Below are positions 1-13,650 of a stretch of DNA of 64,000 nucleotides, in pieces. Source of the DNA: Eledone cirrhosa (taxonomy: Eukaryota); the NCBI GenBank assembly GCA_964016885.1, contig OZ024744.1, forward strand, positions 95,604,001 through 95,668,000, read 5' to 3'. The translations under genes and the position numbers were made by a program. Positions within the stretch are counted from its first letter, which is position 1. The number at the start of each line of letters is the position of its first letter. The notes under the pieces are model-generated. The model had not been told where the DNA came from. It saw only the letters and a list, made by a program, of their open reading frames with translations, and ran no database searches.

Positions 1-968
1 GTCCTGGGTCAAGCGAAGACCGAGAGGGAACGCTTGGAGACTGGAATGTCTTCAGGCGCTCACAGCCCTCGACCAATCGGGCAATGTGATCGGTGGAAAC
101 TCCACCTTGGCGTTCTATAGGGGATTAGTGGAGGGGAAGAGCGACGACGTACTTGGAGAAACTCTAGGCGTCGACGAAAATCAACTAGCCAATCTCTTCG
201 GAAGGACTTTCGGGCCGGGGCCTATGGACAACTTCCAGAAATCCCTGGCCTGGCAGTGCTACCGAGGAGCTTTGCCAGTTCGGGATAAACTCTACAGGCA
301 TGGAGGTGCCGTCAGCCGGGCATGTCCGAGATGCGCGCAGGGCGACGAAACCGTCCTGCACGCACTCGTCCAGTGTCCGAGCATTGCTGACTTGTGGGTT
401 TATGTCGAACACCTGCTGTCACGTGTAGGACCTATCCAGCTATCAGCTGAGTCCATCGTGAGGATTGCCCCGCCCCCTTCCTTTAGCCTGGAAGGGCAGG
501 CAGTTTTTATCTGTCTGGTGGCCATGGCGAAAGAGATAGTATGGTGGACACGTTTGAAAGGGCTGAAGACGAGCACTTACCTCTTCGGTGATGCCCTGAT
601 TAACTTTTTCAAATTTCATTTGAAAAGGAAAATCAGGGTAGAGAGGGAAGTGCTCTCTTCCCAGCATTTTGTTGAAAGATGGGTGAGAGAAGCAAGTATG
701 GCCCGAATGAATGGGCCTACTCTGAGTATGTGTCTGTAAATTAAAGGTGGAAAACTGGGAGAGGGCACTTGCCCTGGTGGTCAGGGCCACTGTGGTCTTT
801 TAATGGGCTTTCTCCACAAATGTCCCTTGGAAGTCTCCCCCCTATTGGGGAATTTTTCTTTGTTATTTTATTTCAACCTCTGTTTTTTTACACGCAGAAA
901 TGCCCATTTGTACCGTCCTGTACTGTCCTTAATGTCTACTTTATGTGAACCCTTGTGGTTAATAAAGA
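1..968 (+). mobile_element. 3' end of an L1/Tx1-clade LINE (C-terminal zf-RVT region of ORF2 plus 3' UTR)
   Basis: ORF 86-739 contains CPRC-x5-ETVLHALVQC (zf-RVT CCHC type); AATAAA at 961 is followed by an (ATT)n tail. Confidence 0.85.
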
Positions 969-971
969 AAA

Positions 972-972
<1 letters not shown>

Positions 973-1020
<48 letters not shown>

Positions 1021-1161
1021 GTCGTTATTATGATTTTTTTTTTTTGTGCAATGACCATACATTATATACATACATACATGTATGTATATAATGTATGTAT
1101 GTATGTATGTATGTATGTATGTATGTATGTATGTATGTATGTATGTATGTATGTATGTATG
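973..1161. repeat. (ATT)n and (ATGT)n microsatellites
   Basis: Directly visible. Confidence 0.95.
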
Positions 1162-3387
1162 TCAGGTCACCAGTTGGTGCTACTGGTAACATGTATCCCT
1201 ATCCCAGTACAACCTGTCTCATGGTCGGGTTGTTGGCGACTAAACTGGCAACCCCACCAAGGTTTCTTGGTGAGGAGGGTGACTTTGGACATCCTGCAGG
1301 ACTAAAAACAAAACCTGTCAAAGGGCAAAGGAGCTCTTAAGAGTCAATGGCCATCCAAAATCACCAGGAGAGATGACCCCTTAGCCTTTGTCAAGGCAGA
1401 ATTCTAGGAGAAGGAAAACTCTGATATAACACCTGCAACTCTGATGGTATCCAATGATGTTGACTTGTTCTTCTTTTTGGTAAATATCATCTTGGTTAAG
1501 AGAGTGGGGCTGGCTTTGTGCAGTGCCTTTGCTCACTATAAAAGCTTCACGGCACAGGCATTGCTTTATATCTGGAGATCTCTCTGCACTTGTCGTCACA
1601 TGGTACCATGGGCCCAGCACTATGTGTCAATAATTGTCACAAGTGTAGTGTTTGTACCAGAATTTTCAAGTAGTTGGCTGGACTAAAAAGTCACACTCGT
1701 TCAGCGCATCGGTAGGGGTTCTCCTACATGGATATAAAGTAGTGGCCGTACTCGAAAACGAGTTGGCAGCCACCATGTTTTATGTATGTATATGCATGTG
1801 TGTAATTGTATATGTGTGCATGTGTATGCACGTATGTCAGTCTAACCATTCATCTACAAGTCTGTAATCCTCCAGTAGTGACCACCTATATTTATTTCAA
1901 AATCTGTAGCCAGAATTATGTATCTCTTTCTTTTAATGAGTTAAAAGTATGATTCGAGGGAGATTGGACTGTTATTTCTAACAGGACAGCTAGACATATA
2001 GAAGCTTCTCTTGTTAGCTTGTGACGTTTAATGTTTGGAAGAAGCAGACCTGTCAACTCTCCTACCTACTTTTGGAGTGAGTGACAGATGTCTTTGCTTG
2101 TGTGTAACATGTCCCCATTTTGCCTCATTTCTCCCCGAATTGGAACACCTTTTTTCATGGTAGTCCCCGTTAGAGGTTGGCAGATCTGAAGAAGTTATGA
2201 ATCGAAACACTCGCCTGAGAGGGGTTTCTTCCGTGAAGACGTTATGCTCTCCAACTCTCCTGAGAGTTTTTTACCACTAAACTTAAGAAAATAGGTCACA
2301 GCAACCTACTTTCTTAATGTTTATAGTTTACTGTTTTTACTCGGGAAATTTTATTCGCTGTGACCTTTATTTCTAATAACTATACAATAGTGTTTCTCTT
2401 TAAATATTTCAATATACTAGTACACCAACTATTAAGTGAAATGATCATATTATTATTATTTTTTTTTTTTTCATTTTCATCAATAAACACTGGAACTGCC
2501 AACCTCTAAAAAAAAACCAAATGGTGAGTACCATGAAAAATGTGCCCCAAAACGTGGAGAAATGAGGCAAAATTTGGGAAGATTTTACATTATGAAAGCT
2601 ATATCCATTTTCACAAGAGATGACATCTCTCACCCATCCCAAAGTGGGTGGGATATCTCTCCAGTTGACACGTCTGATACACATTCTCTTGTGGCAACCT
2701 GATGCATTCGACTGGGGGTATTTTATTATGTTACTGACACTAGACAGGTTGTTGGGTTCTTGACACAACTGAAGAATTCTCGCACCCCACCCACCACAAC
2801 CCCTTGGGGGGGGGGGGCATGGTTTCTACAGCTGGATCCCCTTCCTATCACCAAACACTTTACAACGCGTATTAGGTGCATTTTTCATGCTACCAGTATT
2901 AAGGAGCTTCCCATATTTTGACTGAAGGGTCCTCTCAAACCGTATTTGGCAATTATTGGACAGTTCAAAGCCATTCCTAACACTAGCCACTTCACACAGT
3001 GCGACAGCACTAGTCTTAAATAAATTTCCCACTTTTTTTTATAATATTGAAAATATGACTTTTTCTCCTGTAACATTATCTGTAAATTGTTTTTCAGGAT
3101 TCAATTATTTCATAGTTTTTATATGCTAACATGGTAGCAGATATAAATTACCATGATGATGATGATGATGATATATATCATCATCATCTTCATTATCACT
3201 TTTAAATCCGGTTTTCCATGCTTGTATGGGTCGGACAGGTCCTTTTCAGCACAGCATCTCTCTACTTGTTGTGTTCCTGGTGGCTGGCTGTGAAGCTAGT
3301 TGGTCAGCCGCTCTCTCTGTCTCTGGTTTCTTGGACCCATGGTTTTTCGGACCCATGGCTTTTTACATATTCCTTTGTTATATTCCA

Positions 3388-3445
3388 ATACCTGATGATA
3401 TCACCGGATTCATATGGAACCCGGTCATTGAAATGATCATAGTGT
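3388..3445 (+). ncRNA. Type I hammerhead ribozyme motif in a PLE pLTR-like fragment
   Basis: atac-CTGATGA-stem II (accgg/ccggt)-GAAA-tgatca-TA-gtgt, then AATAAA; homologous to 60652-60709. Confidence 0.8.
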
Positions 3446-3487
3446 AATAAACCTTTCAAGGACGATTTACACCAGTCCAGCCTCCTG

Positions 3488-3544
<57 letters not shown>

Positions 3545-3774
3545 TAAAGCTGAGCGTCGTATATATGTATTACATATGTATGTATCCTACATACCTCCCT
3601 ATAGTTTCTTAGCTTTACTCTCTCCGTCGCTCTTCCCTCTCTCTCTATAATAGATCAGTCCCCCTCTCTATAATCTAACTGCTTTACTCTCTCTCTCTGT
3701 CACTCTTCACTCTCTATATGACGACACTGTTTTAGTTTCCGTATCTCCCTTCAATATATACACATAGAGAAAGA

Positions 3775-3854
<80 letters not shown>

Positions 3855-3856
<2 letters not shown>

Positions 3857-5115
3857 ACCAGAGCACCGGCCACATATAAAATCTAAATTCTTAGTTAGCT
3901 TACCTGTGATCCCACTACATCTTTTATGCACCCATACTTTGCATTTGGGACATAAATTGGAGTTTCTGCCTACTCCTTTCCTACACACTGAGCATGGCCA
4001 TTTTCCGGATGGGACCAGTGCCCTATTTTCCTTCCTACAAACTAGAACTTTTGTCTTAGACAGGTTAATTTTAAGGCCTTTTGATTCTAAGCCATGCTTC
4101 CATGTTTGGAATTTCTTCTCTACTTCAGCCATTGATTCAGCTATGAGGGTTAGATCATCTGCGTATAGGAGTTCCCATGGGCAGCCGGTCTTGAACTCCT
4201 CTGTTATAGCCTGAAGGGCAGTAATAAATAGTAGGGGGCTAAGAACGGAGCCCTGATGAACACCAACTTTTACACTAAACTCTTCACTATATTCGTTGTT
4301 AATTCTAACCTTGCTGGCTGTTTCTTTATACATGGCTTGTATAGCTCTCACAAGCCATTCATCAACACCTAGTTTTCTAAGAGCCCATCAGAGGCTTTCT
4401 CCAAGTCGACAAAAGCTAAGTATAGGGGTTTATTTTTAGCTAGGTACTTCTCCTGTAGTTGTCGTACAATGAAAAGAGCGTCTGTGGTACTTTTACCTGA
4501 CACAAACCCGAACTGCATTTCATCTAGATCAATTCGCTCTCTGATTAGTTGCGCTGTTACTTTTTCTGTGACCTTCATGACCTGGTCGATTAATTTAATG
4601 CCTCTATAGTTACCCCTATCTAGGGCATCTCCTTTACCCTTGTAGCAGTTAATGATGATGCTGCTACGCTAGTCCTTCGGAACAACCCCATTCTGTATGA
4701 CTTGGTTTACTATCCAGGTGACCATAGTGTGTCCCACCGTTCCAGAAGCTTTCAGCATTTCAGCAACTATTTCCGAAGGCCCAGCCGCCTTACCCGTCTT
4801 CATATCTTTGATTGCCTTACTTATTATACTACCTTCAACTAACACTGCTGGTCCCTCTATTGGATCGATGTGGGGGAGACTGTCTTTCTCCCATTTATTC
4901 TCCTCATTTAGTAGCCTTTCGTAGTGACACTTCCAAGCTACCTTCTTATCACCGTCAGTGATGGCAAGTACACCGTCATCATTAAGTACACACTTCTCCC
5001 CGACAATATCACGGTTTTCCTTGACACATTGCCTAGCAATCCTGAACACCTCACGTTTTTGGTCCTCACGTTGTAGAACATGCTTGAACTTTCTTTCCTC
5101 TGTTTCTCTTCCCTA
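3855..5115 (-). mobile_element. Decayed RTE-clade LINE (RT plus PHD-like finger), truncated at a (GA)n tract
   Basis: ORFs 4669-5049, 4369-4578 and 3707-4351 carry KAAGPS, QFGF, FVDLEKA, GVHQGSVLSPLLF, LLYADD and CSVC...CPKC...HKRC...CGRC. Confidence 0.92.
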
Positions 5116-5159
5116 TATGAATAACATTACAAATGCTTAGATAACATTATAAATTGCTT

Positions 5160-5700
5160 GCGATTCTTTCAAAAAGATATATTCCTTTAATGTTACAATA
5201 TTAAAGAAAATATAAAGGAAGGGGTGAACAACCGAGCCAACACCAGAGCAAAAGACAGCAGTGTCGCGAGGAGTACTGAGCAGCCTCTCTAATGATTTTT
5301 GAGGAAAGCCAGCACACTCGCAGTGTTGCCTTGGGTGATGGCGAGGCTAATGCACTGGAACAACCAAGCGCCCTCGCGAGATTCGCCAGTTACCTCTATT
5401 AGGCAAGCCGCCAGTGAAGAAAGGAAACTCGCAGTCAGCAGCCCGACTCCCCCAAACGTCTCGAAAGTCACAAGCTGGAAAAGGTAGCTGGCCGACAGAT
5501 CAGAGCATCTGAGGGTCTTGCTCCGCTCGGCTGTGGAAGCTGTGGCTCTCGTCCTAACCGCAGCATCCAGGATGTGGGAGAGAGCAAAGGAGTCACTAAC
5601 AGTGAAATCCCAGACAAGGCACCTGCCTCTCGACCAGGGGCCACAGGGTAAGGCCGTCAGGTCTCTTGCCGCCACTTCTGGACAACCCAGATGGTTCTAT
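5160..5700 (-). mobile_element. 3' fragment of a CRE-clade non-LTR retrotransposon (restriction-like endonuclease)
   Basis: ORF 5289-5675 reads PWSRGRCLVWDFTVSDSFA...AERSK...FETFG...FQCISLAITQGN, matching the CRE RLE C-terminal pattern. Confidence 0.75.
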
Positions 5701-5744
5701 GATTTGAGGCGTGGGGTTTTAAGGATTTTCGAGGCATGTGTATC

Positions 5745-7230
5745 AGAGAAAATTGTGATGCAGTTGGGGAGAAGTGTGCTCGAAATGATAATGGTGCACT
5801 TGCCCCCAAAAAAGGCAGCATTGAAGTGCCATTATGAGGGACTATTGAATGAGAAGAATGTCATGCTGTCATGAAAGGAAGATAATCTGCCCCAAATGGA
5901 CTCAACACAGGGACCAGCTGTCCAAGTCAGCAGCAGTATATCATAAACCAAGTAATACAAAATGGTGTCATACACAACGACTGACATAGCAGCAGCATGG
6001 CCAACTGCTATAAAGAAAAAGGTGATGCACTAGACAGAGGAAACTATCGAGGCATCAAACTGATGGACCAGGTCATGTAAGTTACAAAATGAGTCATTGT
6101 ACAACTGATTAGGGATCGAATTAAACTAGATGAGATGTTGTTCAGATTTATGCCAGGCAAAACTACCGCTAATGCTCTCTTCCTTGTGAAGCCACTGCAG
6201 AATTCCCTAGCATTTGTTGACCTGGAGAAGCATTTAAACAGAAAAGACTTTTTTATGCAGTATTAGCATAATAGGAATATGTTATTAAATTGTAGTAGCA
6301 AGAAATGTAACGTTGAAGTTGTTCGGTTGTAAGGTTGTCACCACGAAAGAAGAGAATTTTCTGTTGTAGTGACAAGAACCTTGGTAAAAGGATTTTTCCC
6401 ATATCACATCAAAGGTGTTGGCTGTGGCAAAAGTATTATAAGACTTTAGGACTTTTTATATGATTTATTTACAAACTGATTACAAAAGTTGAACTGGCAT
6501 GCCAAATAAGGTGAACAAACAAAAATTGTGTTATATGTTAATAAAGTACTGTCGCTAGCTGTCATGTCACCAACCAGGCCGAAGTTGTGTTTTACCGTTA
6601 CATATTGGCTAGTGGTTGAACGACAAGGAAAAATGGATGTTTACCGTCTGATTTCAACTGGTTAAAATGAAAACAAAAGAAGCGCGAAAATCTTTGAGCT
6701 TGGGTGGAAGTTGATATTCATGCGTGACTCGCGATTGATCAACCAGTGACCAAATCACGCATGAATCGATTATTGTTACACGCCATGAAAACAACTCCGC
6801 TACAGCATTTAACAGAGTCCCCTGTTCCGTAGTCTGGTGAGCGCTTAAGAAACTAGGGATAGATGAGTGGCTTGTGAGAGCAGTACAAACCACAGAGGAG
6901 CAGCCAGTAAGGTTAGAATTAATAATGATTGTAGTGAGGAGTTTAGCGTGCAAGTTGGGATTTATCAGGGCTTCCTTCTTAGCCCTCTCCTGCTTATTAT
7001 CATACTCCAGGTTATAACAGAAGAGTTTAAAACAGACTGCCCATACACTGATGATCTAACTCTCATAGCTGAATCTATAGCAGAATTAGTGAAAAGATTC
7101 CAGGTCTGGAAGCATGACTTGGAAGGAAAAGGTATTAAAGGCAACTTGTCCAGTAAACAGAAAGGAAAACAGGGTTCAGAACCCTTCAGGGAAATGGCCT
7201 TGTCTAGTGTTCAGAAAAGGAGTGGGTAGA
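5745..7230 (+). mobile_element. Decayed RTE LINE, interrupted by an insertion at 6235-6804
   Basis: Frameshifted RT motifs (NYRGIKL, FVDLEK, GIYQGFLLSPLL, YTDDL) colinear with the other RTE copies. Confidence 0.85.
6235..6804. mobile_element. Probable solo LTR with 5-bp TSD (GCATT)
   Basis: GCATT at 6230-6234 and 6805-6809; ends in ...GCTACA; homologous to 24340-25024. Confidence 0.7.
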
Positions 7231-7244
7231 AATTTTATCATCAT

Positions 7245-9735
7245 CATTATCATTTAACATCTAAGTTGTGTTAGGTAACTGTGTCTTGCTCATACAGACC
7301 TGTTTCTGGCTTGGTTGCTAAGGCTGGATGCCCTTCCTAACTGCAACCACATTTACAGTGTGTGCTGGTTGCTTTTTATCATGACTCCTACATGACCACT
7401 TTACAGTGTGGACTGGGTGCTTTTTTGTTGTGATACCAACATAAATTTACAGTGTAAGGGTGTTGTGGACAGAAATGGATTGGTGAGTGTTAGGGTGTGG
7501 GAGGTGAATGGGAGAGGAGGTATAGTGGTTATGAGGCGCCTACTAGATATATGCTTCTGTATGTGTACATGGGAAGGTGGGTTTTCTGTGTTACTGCATA
7601 ATGCCAAAGGTCTTCATCCTGTGCATTGTTGTTGAGAGGTGCAATTGTGCAAGGTCAGCTCTTATCACCTCATCCCAGGTCTCCCTACTCCATAGCTTCC
7701 ATCAACTTTGATCACCCTGCACTTTTTTATACAGCTGTCATCCTTCATATGCATCACAAGTCCACTGGAGATAGTGCCCAGGTCTCACTACCATGCAGCA
7801 TTGCTGTCTGTATGCACGCATGATACAGTCTGTCTTTCATTTTGAGGGAAAACATTTTTGTAGCTAGCAGTAGTAGTTGCTTCCTGAACTTTTTCCATCC
7901 CGTTCTTACTCTGGCTACTGTACTTTCGGAACACCTTCCTCCACTGCTGATTTGGTCACCGAGGTGATGGAAACTGTTGACTATTTCTACAGAGCCATCT
8001 GGGTATTAGAAGGAGCTAGTATCCTGTGGGCACTTGCTACTTATTGCTCCTGGGCATCAGCTGCATATAAAACCTAAAACCTACATTTTTTTATAGCCTG
8101 CCTGTGATCCCACTACATCTTTTATGTACCCATGGCTTGCATTTGGGACATAAAATGGAATTTCTACCTCACCTTTTCTGCACACAGAGGGATTCTGTGC
8201 CCTATTATCCTTTGTATATACTAGGACTTTAGTCTTTGAATCTAGGCCATGCTTAGAATTTCTTCTCTAATTCTGCCATAGATTCAGCTATGAGGGTTAG
8301 ATCATCTGTATACAGAAGTTCCCATGGGCAGCCAGACTTAAACTCTTCTGTTATAGACTATAGGGCTAAGGACGGAGCCCTGATGGACACCTACCTGCAT
8401 GCTAAATTCTTCACTATAGTCATTGTTAATCCTAACTATGCTGACTGTTCCTCTATACATGGCTTGTACAGCCTTTACAAGCCACTCATCTACTCCTAGT
8501 TTTTTTAAGGGCCCACGAGATAAAAGAATGGGAGTCTCTGTCAAAAGATTTCTCCAAGTCAACAAAAGCTATGTAGAAGGGGTTACTTTTCCTGTAGATG
8601 CCTCATGAAGAAGAGAGCATCCCTGGTACTTTTACCTGGCACAAATCCAAACTGTATTTGATCAAGGTTAACTTGGTCCCTAATCAGCTGTGTGATAACT
8701 CTTTCTGTGACTTTTATGACCTGGTCAACCAATTCAATGCCATTATAGTTCTCTCTATCTAGAGCATCACCTTTGCTTTTGTAGCAGTTTACTAGGCTGC
8801 TGCTATGCTAGTCATTGTGTATGGCACCATTTTGTATTGGTTTACAATATGGGTAACTATGGTGTGACCCACCATTCCAGATACTTTCAGCATCTCGACA
8901 ACTATCCCCAAACATCCAGCTGTCTTGCCTGTCTTTATATCCTTGATTGCCTTACTTATACTACTACTCACTTACACAGTGGTCCCTCTGTTGAGTCAAC
9001 TTGGGGCAAACTATCTTCATCTTATTGATTTTTCCTCATTTAGTAGTCTTTCATTGAGGTACTTTTGTAGCAAAATCTGTCCGCGCCTTGAACCTTGGGT
9101 GACACCTAAAAGTCAAATTCTAGGTCACCATCCTTTTCGGCATGGACAGGTTCATGCGTGGGCGATCCCTTGAGGCAGGGAGACAGAAAGTGACAGGTAT
9201 ATAAAGCCTATATTTTCCCACGTTTTACACACAGAGAGATCGGAGCCATACTCTATAGACAAGCTATGTAAAGATTCACCACTACCTACAGGCCTCTGAG
9301 GTCCACAGTCTGAGACCATTACTCTCTCTTTCTCCTGATCTCTGACTACACCAGCCTCATGAACCAACATCAAAATAACATTGTCAACCTTCGCGACTTG
9401 TGGTAATTTGTTTATTGTTCTTTTTGACTGAAGTGAAGTAAACCTTTTTATATATAAAGTAAATAAGCTATTCTTGTTATTTCATCTAATAACCACTACT
9501 AAATACCTTTTGTTACACTTCCATGCTACCTTCTTTTCAGTATCAGTGAGGGTGAGTACTCTGTTATCATCATCGAAACACTCCCCCCCTCCCCCAATGA
9601 CATCACTTGACATTTCCCTGACACATTGCCTCACAATCTCGAACACCTCTCGCCATTGGTCCTAGTGTTGCAGAAGATGCTTAAATTTTTCATCTTGTAC
9701 TTCCCCTCTTGCAAAGTACACTTGTTGCCCAGCTT
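7245..9735 (-). mobile_element. Decayed RTE LINE with 3' tail, interrupted at ~9066-9505
   Basis: GVHQGSVLSP (ORF 8338-8565), HGSETW, finger remnants and an (ATC)n tail near 7240. Confidence 0.85.
9066..9505 (+). mobile_element. LTR-like interspersed repeat (possible solo LTR)
   Basis: Starts TGTAGC, contains TATATAAA, interrupts an RTE, and is homologous to 17420-17905 in reverse; TSD not resolved. Confidence 0.55.
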
Positions 9736-10035
9736 AATGCAAACTTTGGGTACACCAAATTAGCAGTGGAGGTGGGTGTTCCAAAAGTACAGTAGCCAGA
9801 GTGAGAATGGGATGGAAAAAGTTCAGGGAGCAATTACTACTGTTAACTACAAAATGTTTTCACCTCAAAATGAAGGGCAGATTGTATGATGTGTGTGTAT
9901 GAAGAGTAATGCTATATATTAGTGAGATCTGGGCACTGTGGGCAGAGGACCTGTAGCAAGCAATGGCACTATTTCATCACTGTGGAGTAATTTGGTCGTA
10001 CTTTGTCACTCACTAGCCCTTAAAGTTGGTGGCGT

Positions 10036-10910
10036 ATGAATACAAAAGAAGACTTCCGCCCAGCAGTTGCTTCACGCCTTTTTTCAGTTCAAGCTGCTCC
10101 AAATAAAGTTTTCAATGACCCCCCCCCCATACACATATACGGTCAAAAGTTGAAGGCTGCTGACACATTTGTGTATTTGGGGAGTACTCTGAGTGTGACC
10201 TGCTCTCTGGATGCAGAAGTTGGTCTATGTGTTAGTAAGGCAAGTGAGTCATTTGGAAGGCTCAATTACCGTCTTTGGTGCAGGCGAGGAATCACAATGA
10301 GGACCAAGGTGAGAGTGTATGCTGTATGTGTACTGTCAGCTTTGCTGTATGCATATGAGACATGGGTTGCCTACAAACGGCATGTCCACAGTCTGGAATG
10401 GTTTCACCAGCAGTGTCTCAGAAAGATGCTTGGTATCAAGTGGCAGATGCATGTGATTGATGTTGAGGTCCTTGAGAGAAGTGAGTGTCGGAGCATTGAG
10501 AGTATCATCCACCAATGGCGTTTGCGATGGACCGGACACCTCTGCACCTCACAAACCAAAGCTCCGATTCAAGGATTGTGTAAAGGACTCATTGAAAAAA
10601 ACTGGTTTGATGATGGCTGACTGGGAGATAGAAGCTCTTGAAAGTGAAACTTGGCGTTGAATGGTGAAATGATCGGTGCCTCCATTGAATTGAAGTGCCC
10701 TAAGTGTGGAAAAATTTGCTTGAGCAAATCTGGTCTTAGGAGCCACAGTCGCAGCCATGTTCAAAGAGAACCAGTGAACTATGATCTCCACGGTGTTGTG
10801 AGGGTTCACGGGACCTCAAGCCAGGGAGATCCATAGTTGTCGTCAGTGTGTGAAGGAGTGCAAGTCTCAAGCAGGCTTGAAAAGCCATATCCGAGCGTCC
10901 CACATCTGAA
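10036..10910 (+). mobile_element. 3' part of an RTE-type LINE with C-terminal C2H2 fingers
   Basis: FVYLGS, LLYAYETW and RLRWTGH; then CPKC...HSRSH and CRQC...HIRASH. Confidence 0.8.
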
Positions 10911-11044
10911 TCTGAGAAGCGATTGCAATACTCTTGGCAGAGTTTTCAGCCATCATATATACAAATTCACGTGATATAAAAAAAGTCTCTTTCATATATC
11001 TAGTTGAGAAACAACTAGTATCATGTACATATATATAATGATTT

Positions 11045-11232
11045 CTAGTATAGGCACAAGGCCAGTAATTTGGGGGAAGGGGAAAGTCGATTAAATCAAC
11101 CCAGTACATTACTGGTACTTTATTTTATCGACCACCGTAAGGATGAAAGGCAAAGTTAACCTCAGCGGGATTTGAACTCAGACCAAAAGCATGGTGTCCG
11201 ACTCTCTACTGATTCTGCCAATCCACCGTCCT
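11045..11232 (-). mobile_element. tRNA-derived SINE family A
   Basis: A box TGGCAGAATC, B box GAGTTCAAATCC and core GCCTTTCATCCTTACGG.GTCGATAAAATAAAGTACCAG. Confidence 0.85.
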
Positions 11233-11499
11233 CATGTACATATATATATAATGATAATAATTGTTTCTACTTTAGGCACAAGGCCAGCAATTACCCAGTG
11301 CATTACTGGTACTTTATTTTATCGACCCCGTAATAATAATTGTAGTCACTCATAGAAAGAATCAACTCAAGATTGTCTAAAGTTCACTTATACGGCTGTT
11401 TCATGATAAATTCCAGAATCCGATATTTATAATCGATCTATTGATTGGGTTCAATCACCAATCATTGATCTTATTAACAAATATTATTAAGACCAGAGA

Positions 11500-11685
11500 G
11501 ATTGGCAGTATCGGTAGAGGGTCGGACGCCATGCTTTGATGCATAGAGTTACGTCCCTTGCCATTCTGAGTTCAAATCCCACCGAGGTTAACTTTGCCTT
11601 TCATCCTTACGGGGTCGATAAAATAAAGTACCAGTAATGTACTGGGATAATTGCTGGCCTTGTGCCTAAAGTAGAAACAATTATT
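11500..11685 (+). mobile_element. tRNA-derived SINE family A
   Basis: Same boxes and core as 11045-11232. Confidence 0.85.
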
Positions 11686-11834
11686 AAGACCAAGAAACAT
11701 GAATCATCAGTAAGTGTTTAAGGTCATACTATACATATCTCATTGTACAATAGCTAATCACTGCCTAAAGAAGATGATAGAATAAACTAAAATGTTCCAG
11801 AAAGCAGATACCACATGGCTGGCTAGATTAAATC

Positions 11835-11879
<45 letters not shown>

Positions 11880-11919
11880 TAATATGGTAGGATGTATATT
11901 ATATATAAATATATATATA

Positions 11920-12188
11920 AACCGGGTGATGTGTTGTTTCCTTGAGCAAGACACTTTATTTCACATTGCTCCACTTTACTCAGCTGTAGAAATGAGATGA
12001 TAGGGACTGGGGTCCCTATCATTCCACTGCAAAGTGGTCGTGGAGGTGCCACGGCAAAAAAGCACCCAGCACTCACTGTAAATGAGGTTGGTGTTAGGAA
12101 GGGCATCCAGCTGTAGAAATCAAGCCAGCATCAGTTTTCGTCCCACCCTTGCAAGCAGGGAAAAAGCGGACGTAAAATGAAATGATGA
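11920..12188 (+). mobile_element. 5'-truncated SINE family B (RTE-tailed)
   Basis: Near-identical to the body of 18560-18912 and 49500-49838. Confidence 0.8.
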
Positions 12189-12189
12189 A

Positions 12190-12660
12190 ACAAAAGGTTT
12201 TTTCCTCTTAAAATGAACAGCAGATTGTATGACTCTTGTGTACGAACAGCTCTGTTGCATGGAAGTGAGACCCGGGCACTGTGTGTAGAGGAGTTACAAA
12301 GATTGGAAAGAAAGGAAGCTTGTATGCTCCAATGGATGTATATTAGTAATATATGTGAATGGTGAAACACTAATGAACTGAGAGCGAAACTAGACATATG
12401 AGGGATCAGATGCAGTTTTGTAGGAGAGGAGATTGTTGTGGTATGGGCATGTGATGTGTATAGAAGATGACAGCTATATAAAAAAAAATGTAGGATGCTC
12501 AAACTATGGAAGAAAAAGATCTAGGAAAGATTGAGATAAAGTGATAAAAGTTGACCTGGTCCCTTTTAAACCTCACAAAGACAATGACACAGGATTGAGT
12601 TCTCTAGTGTTATGCAGTACTGCAAAAGACCCAACTTCCCAGGAACACAGGATGAAACAC
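12190..12660 (+). mobile_element. RTE 3' coding fragment
   Basis: RLYDSCV...LHGSET...WYGHV remnants. Confidence 0.7.
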
Positions 12661-12819
12661 ACGTAAAGGACATGCAAATCTGCACCAATCTTCTCTTTAC
12701 CCCTCACCTTTCACCTTCCTCAGTCTTATTACTCCACTCTCACCAGCTAAATATCCCATGTACCTCAACTATGTCGAACTTGATTACTCATACCCCCCCC
12801 CCCCCCAAACCCTCAGGTG

Positions 12820-13650
12820 ACCAACGTCTTGCTCATACAGATCTATATTTTGGCTTAGTTTCTAGAAACTGGATGCCCTTCCTAACACCAACCATGTTAC
12901 TGTATGGACGAAGTGCTTTTTACTTGTGTCATCAGAATGACCACCTTACTGGGTAGACTGCGGGCTTTTTTTCATTGTGTCACCAACACGATCACCTTAC
13001 AGGGTGGACAGTGTGCTTTTTATTTGTGTCACCAGCACGACCACCTTATGGAGTAGACTGGGTGCTTTTTTTTCTCATGTCACCCACACGACCACATTAC
13101 ACAGTGGACTGGGTGGGGGTTTTTCTTGTCACCAACACGACCACCTTAGAGGGTGAACTGAGTGCTTTTTACTCATGTCACCAACATCACCTTACTAGGT
13201 GCTTTTTATTCGTGTCACCAACAAGACCACCTTATTGGGTGGACTGTGTGGGTTTTTTCTCATGACACTAATATGACAACCTTACTAGGTGCTTTTTATT
13301 TGTGTCACTAGTATGACCACTTTACGGAGTGGACGGTGCTTTTTTTCTCTTGTGTTACCCACATGAGCACCTTACATGTTGGACTGAGTGATATATCATC
13401 ATCATCATCATCGTTTAACGTCCATCTTCCACGCTAGCATTAGTTAGACGGTTTTGTTCCATTTGATGCAGGAACGGTCAGGAGACCATGTCTCGCTCAT
13501 ATGGAAGTGTCTCTGGCAGGTTTTTTATGGCTGGGTGCCCTTCCTAACACCAACCACTTTTACAGTGTGGACTGGGAGCCTTTTTACCGTGTCTCTTACA
13601 CGACCACCTTACAGTGTGGACTGAGTGCTTTTTGTTGTGTCACCTACACA
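12820..13650 (-). repeat. RTE 3'-UTR remnants with an amplified ~45-bp degenerate tandem unit
   Basis: Repeated ACGACCACCTTACAG.GTGGACTGGGTGCTTTTT units; the same unit occurs at 27110-27370. Confidence 0.7.

Noticed and set aside
10680-10905. C2H2 zinc-finger host gene
   Set aside because: The fingers are contiguous with a LINE ORF C-terminus and tail region
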